Of a stretch of 42,311 bases of DNA, positions 1 through 12,314 are shown piece after piece. The notes under the pieces were generated by a model. That model worked only from the letters and a program-made list of their open reading frames with translations, ran no database searches and was not told the origin of the DNA. Position 1 is the first letter of the stretch, and every line of letters starts with the position of its first letter. This DNA is from Gaiellaceae bacterium (GTDB lineage: Bacteria; Actinomycetota; Thermoleophilia; Gaiellales; Gaiellaceae), in assembly GCA_035457765.1 (NCBI GenBank), contig DATIBA010000194.1, forward strand, positions 1-42,311. Reading direction: 5' to 3'. A program made the translations under genes and the position numbers.

Positions 1-60
1 ATCGGCTAAATCCTCGACCTCGACAATAGTGGACGAGCGCGTCCCTTTCCAGAACGGCAT

Positions 61-87
61 GGGCAGGGCGCTCGAAGCGCCCTGCCC
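61..87 (-). terminator. GC-rich hairpin just downstream of the substrate-binding-protein gene (terminator-like, no U-tract)
   Basis: Perfect 11-bp stem gggcagggcgc (61-71) / gcgccctgccc (77-87) with 5-nt loop tcgaa. It lies about 20 nt past the stop of the minus-strand CDS 109..1716. No T-run follows, which fits the I-shaped terminators common in high-GC bacteria. Confidence 0.4.
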
Positions 88-108
88 GTTGCCGGAGAGA
101 CGAGCTCC

Positions 109-1716
109 CTAATTGACCGACATACCTGTGTAGTCGGTCCGGTCAAGGAGGTCGACGTTGTATCCCTGGACGTTGGGCTTGACCAGGGAGTGGAAGACGT
201 ACCAGTAGATCGGCATGATCGGCAGCGCGCCGCTCTTGCCGGTGAGGATCGTTTCGGCCTGCTGGTACAGCTTGAAGCGCGCGGCATCGTTCGGCGTTGT
301 GGCTGCCTTCTGGACGATGGCGTCGTACTTCTTGTTGCACCAGTTGGTGTTGTTGTTGCCCGAATCGCAGGTCCAGAGCTCGAACCCGTTGTACGCGTCC
401 GGGTAGTCGTAGATCCAGCCGAGTCGGTAGACGTCGACGTCGGCGTTCGGCGGCGGCCCCAGGAAGTCGAGGTACTGGCCGAACTCCATGTTCTTGAGGG
501 TCGAGGTGATCCCCAGCTCCTTCCAGTACGCCTGGACCGCCGTGGCGATCGCCGCGTGACCGGTGGAGGTGTTGAAGTAGAGGTTGACGTTCAGCTTCGG
601 GTTCTTGGCCTTGGCCATGAACGCCTTTGCCTGTGCCAGCTTCGCGGTCTGAGGCATCGTGGAGTTCTTGTTGATCTCCTTGGCGCCCGGGGCCCTACTC
701 GGGGTGAACGCCCTGGCCGGGAACTGGCCGCCCTTGGTGACGAACTTGATGATCGCCTTCCGGTCGATGGCGAAGGCCATCGCGCGGCGCTGGTTCACGT
801 CCGGGATGTTCTTGATGTTGAACCCGTAGTAGTAGGTCCCGATCGTGCCGTACGTCTTGTACTCCTTGCTCTTCTTCCACTTGTCGACGAGCGCCCCCGT
901 CAGGTCCACCTCGTTGACGTCGGCGTTGCCCGCGGAGTACGCGTTCTCGGCCGTCGCCGCGTCGCTGATCGCGGTGAAGGTGACCTTCGTGATCTTGACG
1001 TTCTTGGCGTCCCGCCACTTCGGGTTCTTGACGATCACGATCTGCGCATCGTGCTTCCAGGACTGGAGCCTGTAGGGCCCGAAGGACACGATGTTGCCCG
1101 GCTCGGTCCACTTCTCGCCGTACTTCTCGACGGCTGCCCGAGGCACGGGGATGAACGACGTGTGGTTCAGCTGCTGGATGAACCACGCCTGGGGCGCGAT
1201 CAACGTCACTCTGAGCGTCGTCTTGTTGAGGGCCCTGATCGCGACCTGCGAGCGAAGGGCTGCGCAGTTCTCCTTACAGGCGTTGTACGCCTCGGCGCCT
1301 CTGATGCCGAAGAACTGGTAGGCGTAGTCGCTCGCGAGCTCGGACGAGATCGCCCGCAGCCAGGACCACACGTAGTCCTGAGCGGTCACCTGCTGTCCGG
1401 TCGTCCAGCGCAGGTCGTTGCGAAGCTTGATCGTAACGACCGGGCCCTTCACCGTCCAGCTCTGCGCCGCCGCGGGTACCGCCTTCAGCTGCGGCGGCGG
1501 TCCGAACGTGATGAGCGGCTCATTGAGGGCCTGGATGATGTTGGACGAGGTCGTGTCGGTGGCAGTGCCGGCGTCGAGCGACGACGCGTCTCCGAGAATC
1601 AGAATCCGCAATTCCTGCTTCTTCTGGTCCGGAGCGGCGGCCGCCGAGCCGACCACGATAATCGCGATGGCCACCAGGGCACTCGCCCACAACGGCCACC
1701 TCATTCCCTTTCGCAT
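109..1716 (-). CDS. ABC transporter substrate-binding protein, family 5 (peptide/nickel/oligopeptide type)
   Basis: 535-aa ORF with an N-terminal signal/anchor (WPLWASALVAIAIIVVGSAAA). Length and sequence pattern are typical of DppA/OppA-like SBP_bac_5 proteins (LNEPLITFG..., GPYRLQSWKHD, NPKW, YYYGFN, GWIYDYPDAYN). The antisense ORF 190..1818 is Arg-rich junk. Confidence 0.85.
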   Translation of the reverse strand: MRKGMRWPLWASALVAIAIIVVGSAAAAPDQKKQELRILILGDASSLDAGTATDTTSSNIIQALNEPLITFGPPPQLKAVPAAAQSWTVKGPVVTIKLRNDLRWTTGQQVTAQDYVWSWLRAISSELASDYAYQFFGIRGAEAYNACKENCAALRSQVAIRALNKTTLRVTLIAPQAWFIQQLNHTSFIPVPRAAVEKYGEKWTEPGNIVSFGPYRLQSWKHDAQIVIVKNPKWRDAKNVKITKVTFTAISDAATAENAYSAGNADVNEVDLTGALVDKWKKSKEYKTYGTIGTYYYGFNIKNIPDVNQRRAMAFAIDRKAIIKFVTKGGQFPARAFTPSRAPGAKEINKNSTMPQTAKLAQAKAFMAKAKNPKLNVNLYFNTSTGHAAIATAVQAYWKELGITSTLKNMEFGQYLDFLGPPPNADVDVYRLGWIYDYPDAYNGFELWTCDSGNNNTNWCNKKYDAIVQKAATTPNDAARFKLYQQAETILTGKSGALPIMPIYWYVFHSLVKPNVQGYNVDLLDRTDYTGMSVN

Positions 1717-1861
1717 TCGTTCCTCCTTGAGGTTTCGCCCGTGCCACGCCCGCGTATCCGGGCGCGCGGCCGGGAAATCCTAACGGATCGTCGGGTCTGT
1801 TACGAGTCATTGCGATGACGTCGCGCGACCCGACTGGGTTGTCACATAGCGCCCACCTCCG

Positions 1862-3940
<2,079 letters not shown>

Positions 3941-3946
3941 GGGTCG

Positions 3947-4378
3947 ATGGCGGAGTCGCACCCCAAGTTCGACGTCGCGCTCGTCACACCCGACGGCGCG
4001 GCCTTCGACGGCGAAGCGGAGATGATCGTCGTGCCGGGGGCGGCCGGGGAGATCGGTGTTCTCGCCAGGCACGCACCGCTGGTCGCGACGCTCAAGGCAG
4101 GATCGACCCGCATTCATCTCGACCCGAACGAGGTTCTGGAGTTCGCGACGGGCCCTGGGTTCTTCAAGGTCGAGCTCGATCGCGCCCTCGCGCTCGTGGA
4201 CGACGCGGTGAGCGTCGAGGAGATCGACGACGAGCGCGCGCGCGCTCAGCTCGAGGCTGCGAAGGCCGAGCTCGAGAGAGTCGAGGCGGGGGAGTCGTTG
4301 GCCGACCGCTGGCAGCTCGAGCAGCGAATCAAGCACGCCGAGAACCAGCTGACGGTCTCCGGTCGCACGACCGGGTAG
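3947..4378 (+). CDS. atpC: F1F0 ATP synthase subunit epsilon
   Basis: 143 aa, starting 7 nt after atpD. N-terminal beta-sandwich pattern (FDVALVTPDGAAFDGEAEMIVVPGAAGEIGVLARHAPLVATL) and a C-terminal helical hairpin. Confidence 0.9.
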   Translation: MAESHPKFDVALVTPDGAAFDGEAEMIVVPGAAGEIGVLARHAPLVATLKAGSTRIHLDPNEVLEFATGPGFFKVELDRALALVDDAVSVEEIDDERARAQLEAAKAELERVEAGESLADRWQLEQRIKHAENQLTVSGRTTG

Positions 4379-4395
4379 CAAGATTCCGAGGCTTC

Positions 4396-5142
4396 GTGGC
4401 TCGGAGCAACAAGGAAGGTTCCGCCCGCCGCGTCGCCGCACTCGCGGACGTCCACGGGAACGCCCCCGCGTTGGAGGCGGTTCTCACGGAGGTCGAGCAG
4501 GCCGAACCCGACCTCGTGGTGTTCTGCGGCGACCTGACCTGGGGCTCGCTCCCCCGAGAGACGCTTGCCCGCGTCCGCGCGCTCGACCTCCCGGCCCGCT
4601 TCGTTCGCGGAAACGCCGATCGATCCGTCGTCGAGGCGGATGATTCTGCCCGTGGCCGCTGGATGACCTCAATGCACACGGCCGAAGACCTCGCGTTCCT
4701 CGCGAGCTTCGAGCCGAGCGTCCTCGTTGACATCGCCGGGCTCGGCACGACCTGCTTCTGTCACGGCTCGCCACGCTCGGACGAGGAGTGCGTCACCGAG
4801 CGGACTCCGATCGAGCGCGTACGCGAGTTCATGGACGGAATCGACGCGAGTGTCGTCGTCACCGCGCACGTGCATCTCAGCTACGAGCGCGTGGTCGACG
4901 GCGTCCGTCTCGTCGGACCGGGCAGCGTCGGGCTGCCGTACGAGCGCGGGCCCGGAGCCAGGTGGGCGCTCCTCGGTCCGGACGTCGAGCTTCGGCTGAC
5001 CGAGTACGACGTCGACGCTGCCGTCGCGCTCATGCGCACCACCGACGATCCGGGCGTCGAGCAGATCGTCGAGCTGATGCTCGATCCCCCGTCACGGGAC
5101 GAGGTGATCACGCACGCCGAGGCACACGTGTACGCCGGCTGA
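4396..5142 (+). CDS. Metallophosphoesterase family protein (calcineurin-like, YfcE/MPP_2-type)
   Basis: Motifs DVHGN (block I), GDLTWG (block II), RGNAD (GNHD-like block III) and later AHVH / CHGSP. GTG start at 4396. Confidence 0.8.
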   Translation: MARSNKEGSARRVAALADVHGNAPALEAVLTEVEQAEPDLVVFCGDLTWGSLPRETLARVRALDLPARFVRGNADRSVVEADDSARGRWMTSMHTAEDLAFLASFEPSVLVDIAGLGTTCFCHGSPRSDEECVTERTPIERVREFMDGIDASVVVTAHVHLSYERVVDGVRLVGPGSVGLPYERGPGARWALLGPDVELRLTEYDVDAAVALMRTTDDPGVEQIVELMLDPPSRDEVITHAEAHVYAG

Positions 5143-5166
5143 CGCTCGGGGAACAGGTAGACGTCG

Positions 5167-5586
5167 CTACGCGTCGGCCGGAAGTCGCTCTCCGACTGCC
5201 TGGAGGACCTTGAGAGCGATATCCGGTGACTGCTTGACGAGCCGGCGGAAGTTGCGCTCGGTCACGACGAGCGCCACGCACGGCTCGAGCGTCGTCACCG
5301 TCGCCACGCGCGGACGGTGGGATACGAGCGCGATCTCTCCGAAGAACTCGCCGGCAGTTCGAGTGGCGAGCTTCTTCCCACCGCGGGTCACCTCGGCGCT
5401 TCCCTCGAGCAGGATGAAGAACTCCCGTCCATGCCCTCCTTCGCGGATCAGCACCTTCCCCGCCCGGAAGTCGAGCTCGTATGCGATCGAGGCGACCTTG
5501 GCAAGCTCCTTCTTCGAGAGGCCGGCGAAGAGGGGAACCCGGGAGAGCATCTTCACCTTCGCGTCGGTGTGGAGGCCCAGAGCCAC
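5167..5586 (-). CDS. Stand-alone cyclic nucleotide-binding domain protein (no HTH)
   Basis: 139 aa that is essentially one CAP_ED/cNMP domain: LFAGLSKKEL..., phosphate-binding-cassette-like FFGEIALVSHRPRVATV. There is no C-terminal DNA-binding domain. Confidence 0.85.
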   Translation of the reverse strand: MALGLHTDAKVKMLSRVPLFAGLSKKELAKVASIAYELDFRAGKVLIREGGHGREFFILLEGSAEVTRGGKKLATRTAGEFFGEIALVSHRPRVATVTTLEPCVALVVTERNFRRLVKQSPDIALKVLQAVGERLPADA

Positions 5587-5809
5587 GCGCGGAGTCTATG
5601 GCGGTGAACGCGTGCGCGTCCACATGGTTGATGCCGGGGCGTGAGCTCGCGCACTCCCGTCGGAAGCGCGCGCCCGGCGCAAGGCCGTGACACGGCTTCA
5701 GCCCGGGCGGAAGCGGCCCCGACGCGGCAGATCGCGCATCCGGACGCGCGAGGTCGTGGCATCGACCCTGAAGCTTCGGCCGACGCGCGAATGCACGTGG
5801 GAGCCTGAG

Positions 5810-7477
5810 ATGATCGTCCGGATGTCCGAGCGCTCATCGCTGCGGTACGTGCTGACGACGCTCACGCAGAACCCTCAGCTCCGCCGCGTGCAGGCCGCCT
5901 TCGTCACGCACAACTCCGGCGAGTACGCGAGCTGGATCGCGATGCTCGTCTACGCGTACGCCCAGGGCGGGGTGACCGAGAGCGGGATCGTCGCGACGGT
6001 GATGCTGATTCCCTCGGCGCTGTTCGCGCCGGTGCTGGCGTCGCTCGGACAACGTTTCGCCCTCGGAACGTCTCTCTTCGCCGCGTACGTTGCGCAGGCG
6101 GTCACGAATGGCGCGGTCGCGGTCGCGCTGTTCGCAGACGCCTCGAAGCTCGTCGTCTACGCGCTGCTGGTTGGCCCGGCAGTTGCGTTCACGATGACGC
6201 GTCCGACCCAGTCCGCCCTCACGCCAGCGCTCGCGCGATCTCCCGAGGAGCTGACGGCGACGAACGTCGTCTCCGGGTGGATCGAGAGCGTCAGCATCTT
6301 CGTTGCGCCGGCGCTTGCCGGTGTCGTTCTCGCGATCGGATCCGAGGCGACCGTGTTCGCGCTCGTAGGCGTCTCCTGCCTCGTGGGGGCGGGTTTCGTC
6401 GCACCCCTTCGCGGCCTGGGAGCCCCCACGCACGGGGAGCACGAGCCGGACGAGAGCGTCCGAGGCTCTCTTGCGTTCGTACGGAGCGATCCACCCGCCC
6501 GGCTGCTGCTCCTTCTCCTGAGCGTCCAGGGCATCGCCATCGGGGCTCTCGATGTCTTGGCGGTCGAGCTCGCTCTGAGTGGGCTGGGCCGAGGCGAAGA
6601 CTGGGTCGGCTACCTCGACGCGGCGTTCGGTTTGGGTGGTGTGCTCGTGGTCGGCGTGACCGCGGGTCTCGTCGGTCGGGGGAGGCTCGCACCGCCGCTC
6701 GTGGTGTCGCTCGGCGTGTGGAGCGTCGCCTTCCTCGGTCTGGCGGTGATGCCCGGGGCGTTCGGAGTGCTCGTGCTGCTCGTCGTCGCGGGCGGTGCCC
6801 GTGCGACCTTCGACGTGGCAGGCCGAACGCTCCTGCAACGCGTCGCGCGGCCGGATCTGCTCGCGCGCGTGTTCGGTCTCCTCGAGGGAGGGCAGATGGC
6901 CACGCTCGCGCTCGGATCGTTGCTCGCTCCCGTGCTCGTCTGGCTGGGCGGGTTGCCGCTGGCCTTCGTGGTCGTCGCCGCCACGCTGCCGCTGTTCGCC
7001 CTCGCAGTCGGTCGGACGCTCCTCGACATCGACCGCCACGCCACCGTTCCAGTCGTCGAGGTCGCCCTCCTCCGGAGGGTGCCGATGCTCGCACCGCTGC
7101 CGCCGCCGACGCTCGAGGCGCTCGCGCGCGCGCTCGAGCCGGTCTCCGTTCCGGCCGGCGTCGACGTCATCCGGGAGGGCGACCTCGGCGACCGCTACTA
7201 CGTCGTCGCAGACGGCGAGGTCGAGGTCGAGCGAGCCGGCCGGACGGTGGCGATCCGCCGTCGCGGAGACGGCTTCGGGGAGATCGCCCTCATGTACGAC
7301 GTTCCCCGGACCGCCACCGTGAGGGCACGAACCCCGGCGCAGCTGTACGCGCTCGACCGGGACACGTTCCTCGTCGCCGTGACCGGGCATGCGCCGGCGC
7401 AGCGCGCCGCGCGTGACCTCGCCGCGGAGCGGCTCAGGGAGCTGGAGGCTCTTGACGAGAGGGCGTCTCGGTCCTAG
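5810..7477 (+). CDS. MFS transporter fused to a C-terminal cyclic nucleotide-binding domain
   Basis: About 400 aa of multi-TM MFS-like sequence is followed by a cNMP domain (LLRRVPMLAPLPPPTLEAL...GDGFGEIALMYDVPRTATVRA...LDRDTF). I chose the start at ATG 5810 (GGGAG about 7 nt upstream). ATG 5822 or the track start 5687 are alternatives. Confidence 0.85.
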   Translation: MIVRMSERSSLRYVLTTLTQNPQLRRVQAAFVTHNSGEYASWIAMLVYAYAQGGVTESGIVATVMLIPSALFAPVLASLGQRFALGTSLFAAYVAQAVTNGAVAVALFADASKLVVYALLVGPAVAFTMTRPTQSALTPALARSPEELTATNVVSGWIESVSIFVAPALAGVVLAIGSEATVFALVGVSCLVGAGFVAPLRGLGAPTHGEHEPDESVRGSLAFVRSDPPARLLLLLLSVQGIAIGALDVLAVELALSGLGRGEDWVGYLDAAFGLGGVLVVGVTAGLVGRGRLAPPLVVSLGVWSVAFLGLAVMPGAFGVLVLLVVAGGARATFDVAGRTLLQRVARPDLLARVFGLLEGGQMATLALGSLLAPVLVWLGGLPLAFVVVAATLPLFALAVGRTLLDIDRHATVPVVEVALLRRVPMLAPLPPPTLEALARALEPVSVPAGVDVIREGDLGDRYYVVADGEVEVERAGRTVAIRRRGDGFGEIALMYDVPRTATVRARTPAQLYALDRDTFLVAVTGHAPAQRAARDLAAERLRELEALDERASRS

Positions 7478-7490
7478 GTCGCGCCCCGGC

Positions 7491-7690
7491 GCCGTCGGCC
7501 GTCCACAGCGAGACGGCCGATTCGCGACCGCGCACCTCGAACTCGCCGACGTGCTCGAGGACGACGGGAGGAGAGAGCAGCGCTCGACGCGTGGAGGCGG
7601 CGAAGAGGATCGGGCGCCCGGTGCTCGCTCGGGTCGGCGCGATGGACGAGGTGTGGGAGAAGACGCGGACGGCGCTCGTCGAAGGCCGCG
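7491..7690 (-). pseudogene. Possible relic of the C-terminal part of a class III nucleotide cyclase domain (no start codon)
   Basis: The 231-nt convergent spacer between the MFS-cNMP gene and the kinase gene translates on the minus strand as ...IAPTRASTGRPILFAASTRRALLSPPVVLEHVGEFEVRGRESAVSLWTA. This loosely follows the cyclase C-terminal pattern (N.A.R..s.a.pg.Ilvs..T...L......G...lKGk..pv.vy.l). No in-frame start is present. The similarity is weak and judged by eye only. Confidence 0.25.
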
Positions 7691-7708
7691 ACTCCGACTG
7701 AGCTCGGA

Positions 7709-10700
7709 TCAGGTCGCGGTTCTCGCGGGCGTCTTCTCGAGGGCGGCGAGCAGCTCGTGCACGCGGATGGGCTTTCCGACGTAGTCGTCCATCCCCGCCG
7801 CCAGGCATGCCTCTCGATCTCCCTCCATCGCGTTCGCCGTCATCGCGACGATTCGCGGGCCGTTCTTGCGCATGCGGGCGCGAATCTGGCGCGTCGCCTC
7901 GAGCCCGTCCATCTCGGGCATCTGGACGTCCATGAACACCACGTCGTAGTTCTGTCGCTCGACTGCGTCCACCGCCTCGAGCCCGTTCGCGGCGACGTCG
8001 ACGTCGTAGCCCATGAGCGAGAACAGGCGCAGCGCGAGCTTCTGGTTCACGGCGTTGTCCTCGGCGAGCAGGATGCGAAGCGGATGACGCGCGGCCTGGT
8101 CCGGATCCAGATCGTCCGTGCTCGCCAGCGGGGCGGCATCCTCCGGTGCGGGAGCCTCCGCTTTCGTCGTCAGCAGCGTGACGTGGAACGTGCTCCCCCG
8201 TCCCGGAACTCCCTCGCTCTCCGCCCACATGTTCCCGCCCATGGCCTCCGCGAGCCGCCTCGAGATCGCGAGCCCGAGTCCAGTGCCACCGTAGCGCCGG
8301 CTGATCGAGATGTCGGCCTGACTGAACGACTGGAAGAGGCGATCCATGCGATCGGGCGGGATGCCGATGCCCGTGTCGGACACGACGATGTGCAGCTCGA
8401 GCTCGTTTCCGTCGCCGACCGGAGAGGCAGACGCAGACAGCGAGACGCTCCCCTTCTCGGTGAACTTGACGGCGTTGTTGAGGACGTTGAGCACGATCTG
8501 TCGGAGACGTGTGCCGTCGCCCGTGATCGTCTGCGGCACGGTGTCGTCGATGTCCGTGACGAGATCGAGACCCTTGCCGACCGCGATGGAGCTGATGAGG
8601 GCGAGCACGCCGTCGACGCAGGCGCGGAAGTCCACGGGCTGGGTCTCGAGCTCCAGCCGTCCGGCCTCGACCTTGGAGAAGTCGAGGATGTCGTTGATGA
8701 TCGTGAGGAGCGACTCGCTGCTCGACCGGATGATCTCCGCGGACTCCTGCTGCTCGGCGTCGAGCTTCGTCCGGAGAAGCAGACCGCTCATTCCGATGAT
8801 CGCGTTCATCGGCGTGCGGATCTCGTGGCTCATGGAGGCCAGGAAGGCGCTCTTCGCCTCGTTGGCCGCGTCGGCCTCGACCCTCGCCTCCTCCACGTCC
8901 CGGAACAGGCGCGCGTTCTGGATGGCCGCGCCGACGTTCGCGGCGATGGTCGCGAGCAACCGCGTGTCGAGCTCGCCGTAGCGCGCCGTGTCGACGGTCG
9001 TCTGGACGCTCAGCACGCCGATCGTCGCCTCTCCGGCCTGGATCGGGACGCCGAGGTACGAGCCGGAGGATGCACCCACTCTTCGTGCCCCGAGCTCCGC
9101 GAAATCCGCCGCGCCGTGGACGAGGAGCGGCTCGCCCGATCGGAGCACGCGCGACGTCGGCCCGTCGCCGAGCGGCACGCGCTCCTGCACGACCTTGTCT
9201 TCGCCCATGCGGTAGTAGGGGAACTCGATCGCTTCGGTCGCCGAATCGAGGAACGCGACGTAGGCGACGTCCGCGGAGAACGTCTCGGCGATCAGGTCGC
9301 CGACGAGCTCGACGAGCGCATCGAGGTCGAGCTGGGACGCGAGCGCCTGGCCGATGCGATTCACACTCTCGAGCTCGCGGACGCGTTGCTGCATCTCCGC
9401 CCGCAGGCGAGTGCGTGCGAGCGCGGTCCCGATGTGTTGGCCGATGAAGGCGAGGAGCTCCTCGTCCTGCTCGGTGAAGCGCTTGCTCACGTCGTAGCTC
9501 TGCAGCACCAGCACTCCGAGCGTGCGGCCCTCGGCACGCAGTGGCACACCGAGCCAGTCGACCGAGTCGAGTCCGACTCGGTCGACTTCGCCGCTCTCGA
9601 GCAGTTCGCGGTAGACGGCCTGGGGGGCCAGCAGCGGTCGTCCCGTGTGCAGCACGTGCGCAGTCAGGCCGCGGCCAAGTGCGGTGCCTCCGAGGACCTC
9701 CCACTCGTGCGGGTCGGGTAGGTCCGTGTCGACCTCGTCGACGTAGTACGGGAAGTTGATCGCGTCCCGCGCCTCGTCGTAGAGCGCGATGTAGCAGTTG
9801 TCCGCGTACATGAGCTCGCCGACGATGCGATGGATCTCGGCGTAGAACGCGTCCATGTCCTCGGCCGCGCTCGCCGTCTCGGCGATGCTCCGCAGGGCCG
9901 CCTGCGCCTGCTCGTTCTGAACGCGCTCGGTGACGTCCATGAAGAAGCCCTGGACGTACAGCGGTCGTCCAGCCTCGTCGAGGATGTGCACCGATGCATC
10001 ACGAACCCAGAGGGTCCGCCCGTCGCGGTGCAGGAGCCGGTACTCCATCGTGAAGGGCTGGAACGTCTTCTGGGATTCGATCTGCGCCGCGATCACCCGT
10101 TCGCGATCGTCGGGATGAAGGAGTCGCTCCCACAGGAGGTTGTCTTCCCACTCCTCGAGCGGGTATCCGAAGAGCTCCTCTGCTCGTGGGCTGATGTACA
10201 GGTTCATGCCGGTGATCGACGCCCTCTCGTCGCCGGTCCACGAGGTAGTGCCTACCGGAGCGTCGATGTACGTGACGAGCGGGAGCTCCTCCGCGAGGCG
10301 GCGAAAACGCGTCTCGGCGAGCTTGATCTCACTGATGTCGCGGTAGATGGCGTAGAAGCCGATCAGCTCTTCGCCGACGTGAAGCGGCACCATCGAGATC
10401 TCGACGTCGACGAGCGAGCCGTCCTTGCGCACGCGCCGGGTGACGCGGTCGACTCGGCCGGCGTCGAGCACGTCGCTCGGTCGGACCTCGGCGTCGACTG
10501 GAAGCTCGTCGGAGCCGAGCACGAGCTCCCCGATCTGGCGGCCGATCGCTTCCTCGGACGTGTAGCCGAAGAGCTGGGTGGCGGCCGGATTCCATCCGGT
10601 CACCACCTCGTCGCGATCCATCGTGACGACCGCGACGGGGCTGATGTCGACGAGCGACTCGAAGTACTGCTTCTGCCTGTCGAGCTCGGCCGCCGCCTCG

Positions 10701-12286
10701 TGCTCGGCCGTGACGTCGATCATGAAGCCCTGGAGGTGCGTCGCCTCCCCGATCTCGTTGCGGACGATCCAGGCGTCGTCGCGGACCCAGACGGGCCGTC
10801 CGTCCTTCGCGAGGACGCGATACTCCATCGACCAGCGATCCTGTCCCGACTCGAGACCCTCGACGGATCCGCCGATCGCAACTTCCCGGTCCTCCGGGTG
10901 CACCACACTCTCGAAGAAGCCCTGCTCCAGCCAGGCCTCGACCGGGTAGCCGAGGATCTGCTCGACGCGTGGGCTCATGTACAGGGGGGCACCGGCCGTC
11001 TCTCCGGTCGGGTCGGGCTCGTCCGTGTACACGGCGAGCGGCAGCTCCTCGACGAGTCGGCGGTACCGCTCCTCGGTCGCCCTCAGCGTCTCGAGGGCTG
11101 CGGCCAGCTCCGCCGTCCGCTCGTCGACGCGCTGTTCTAGCGTCTCGACGCTCTCTCGAAGCTGGGCGGTCATGTCGTTGAAGGCGCCCGCGAGCTCGCC
11201 GACCTCGTCCTGGGTCAGGACGGGTGCTTCGCGCGTGAGATCGCCAGCGGCGACGGCGCTCGCGGTGTCGGTCATCGCGAGGATGGGGCGGGCGATCCGG
11301 CGCGACGCGTAGTAGATGGCGACTCCGAGAAGCGCCACGACGAGCAAGCCGACCCCGCCCGTGACGAACGCGAGCCGGCGGGCGGGCGCGAACGCCTCGC
11401 TCTGGCTCTGCTCGGCGAGCAGCGCCGCCCCGATCTCGGGAAGCCACTGGTAGACGCCGATCACCGGCACGCCCCGATGGTTCTCGTACAGGGCCGTACC
11501 GCTGCCCGACGCGAGAGCGCGCTCGATGCCCGTGGACGAGAGGTCTCCGTTCGCCCGGAGCGACGCGTGGAGGAACGTGCGGTCGGGAGCGACGAGGTAG
11601 GTCTCGCCGGTGTCGCCCAGGCCGGTCCGCTGGAGCACGATTCGATCGATGCGCTCGAGGCTGAGGAAGGCGGCGACGACGGCGACACGCTGACCGTCCC
11701 GGTCGAACAGAGGCGTTCCGACCGCGATGGTCTGCTTCCCCGTGAGCTCGGAGGTCTCCGCCGGCTGGACGAACGTCCCCGAGCTCCCGCGCTCGAAGTA
11801 CGGCTGGGTCGCCTGTGAGACGCCCTCGTGCTCGACGCTCGTCGAGGCGACGATCCGGCCGTCGAGCGCGAGGATCAGGAACTCCTCGGCGTCCGCGGTC
11901 TGAGAGACGGCGTACCGTAGGACGTCCACTGCCGCCTGGTGCGCCTCGAGCCGCTCGGCGGGAGTGACGTCGTCGGCGAACAGCTCGTTCGTGGGCCCGG
12001 CCAACGTCGCCGAGCCGCCGGTGTACCCGCCGAGCAGGCCCGCCGTGAACACGACATTGCGTCGCTGCTCGTCGATCCAGCGGTCGAGCGACGACGCCTT
12101 CTGGTCCGCGGCGGTCTCGAGCCTGGCGAACGCCGCGTCCTGGAGCCCGCTGCGCGCCTGCAGGTACGAGACGACGCCGACGATCGCGAGCATGACGACG
12201 GAGAGCGCGAGGAACGTCAGGACGAGTCGCGCGACGAGGCTGCGACGCGGGGACGGCAGACGTTGTCGGATGTCCGAGAGCGACAT
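7709..12286 (-). CDS. Hybrid sensor histidine kinase (TM-Cache-like-TM-HAMP-multiple PAS-2xGAF-HisKA-HATPase-REC)
   Basis: 1525 aa. Two TM segments flank a ~270-aa extracytoplasmic region. HAMP ([19 protein letters not shown]...[11 protein letters not shown]). Three to four PAS-like repeats ([15 protein letters not shown]..., [16 protein letters not shown]..., [14 protein letters not shown]...). Two GAF-like blocks. H-box [19 protein letters not shown]-boxes DTGIGIP / [13 protein letters not shown]. Receiver [13 protein letters not shown]...[12 protein letters not shown]...VAMTANA. Confidence 0.95.
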   Translation of the reverse strand: MSLSDIRQRLPSPRRSLVARLVLTFLALSVVMLAIVGVVSYLQARSGLQDAAFARLETAADQKASSLDRWIDEQRRNVVFTAGLLGGYTGGSATLAGPTNELFADDVTPAERLEAHQAAVDVLRYAVSQTADAEEFLILALDGRIVASTSVEHEGVSQATQPYFERGSSGTFVQPAETSELTGKQTIAVGTPLFDRDGQRVAVVAAFLSLERIDRIVLQRTGLGDTGETYLVAPDRTFLHASLRANGDLSSTGIERALASGSGTALYENHRGVPVIGVYQWLPEIGAALLAEQSQSEAFAPARRLAFVTGGVGLLVVALLGVAIYYASRRIARPILAMTDTASAVAAGDLTREAPVLTQDEVGELAGAFNDMTAQLRESVETLEQRVDERTAELAAALETLRATEERYRRLVEELPLAVYTDEPDPTGETAGAPLYMSPRVEQILGYPVEAWLEQGFFESVVHPEDREVAIGGSVEGLESGQDRWSMEYRVLAKDGRPVWVRDDAWIVRNEIGEATHLQGFMIDVTAEHEAAAELDRQKQYFESLVDISPVAVVTMDRDEVVTGWNPAATQLFGYTSEEAIGRQIGELVLGSDELPVDAEVRPSDVLDAGRVDRVTRRVRKDGSLVDVEISMVPLHVGEELIGFYAIYRDISEIKLAETRFRRLAEELPLVTYIDAPVGTTSWTGDERASITGMNLYISPRAEELFGYPLEEWEDNLLWERLLHPDDRERVIAAQIESQKTFQPFTMEYRLLHRDGRTLWVRDASVHILDEAGRPLYVQGFFMDVTERVQNEQAQAALRSIAETASAAEDMDAFYAEIHRIVGELMYADNCYIALYDEARDAINFPYYVDEVDTDLPDPHEWEVLGGTALGRGLTAHVLHTGRPLLAPQAVYRELLESGEVDRVGLDSVDWLGVPLRAEGRTLGVLVLQSYDVSKRFTEQDEELLAFIGQHIGTALARTRLRAEMQQRVRELESVNRIGQALASQLDLDALVELVGDLIAETFSADVAYVAFLDSATEAIEFPYYRMGEDKVVQERVPLGDGPTSRVLRSGEPLLVHGAADFAELGARRVGASSGSYLGVPIQAGEATIGVLSVQTTVDTARYGELDTRLLATIAANVGAAIQNARLFRDVEEARVEADAANEAKSAFLASMSHEIRTPMNAIIGMSGLLLRTKLDAEQQESAEIIRSSSESLLTIINDILDFSKVEAGRLELETQPVDFRACVDGVLALISSIAVGKGLDLVTDIDDTVPQTITGDGTRLRQIVLNVLNNAVKFTEKGSVSLSASASPVGDGNELELHIVVSDTGIGIPPDRMDRLFQSFSQADISISRRYGGTGLGLAISRRLAEAMGGNMWAESEGVPGRGSTFHVTLLTTKAEAPAPEDAAPLASTDDLDPDQAARHPLRILLAEDNAVNQKLALRLFSLMGYDVDVAANGLEAVDAVERQNYDVVFMDVQMPEMDGLEATRQIRARMRKNGPRIVAMTANAMEGDREACLAAGMDDYVGKPIRVHELLAALEKTPARTAT

Positions 12287-12314
12287 CCTCAGCGGCGTCG
12301 GGGCTGGCTGCGGG

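Noticed and set aside
5587-5809. CRP/GlxR-type operator (TGTGA-N6-TCACA) in the divergent spacer between the two cNMP-binding genes. The closest string is GTGACACGGCTTCAGC near 5688.
   Set aside because: Only one half-site is reasonable and the second is poor. Neither adjacent cNMP protein has a DNA-binding domain.
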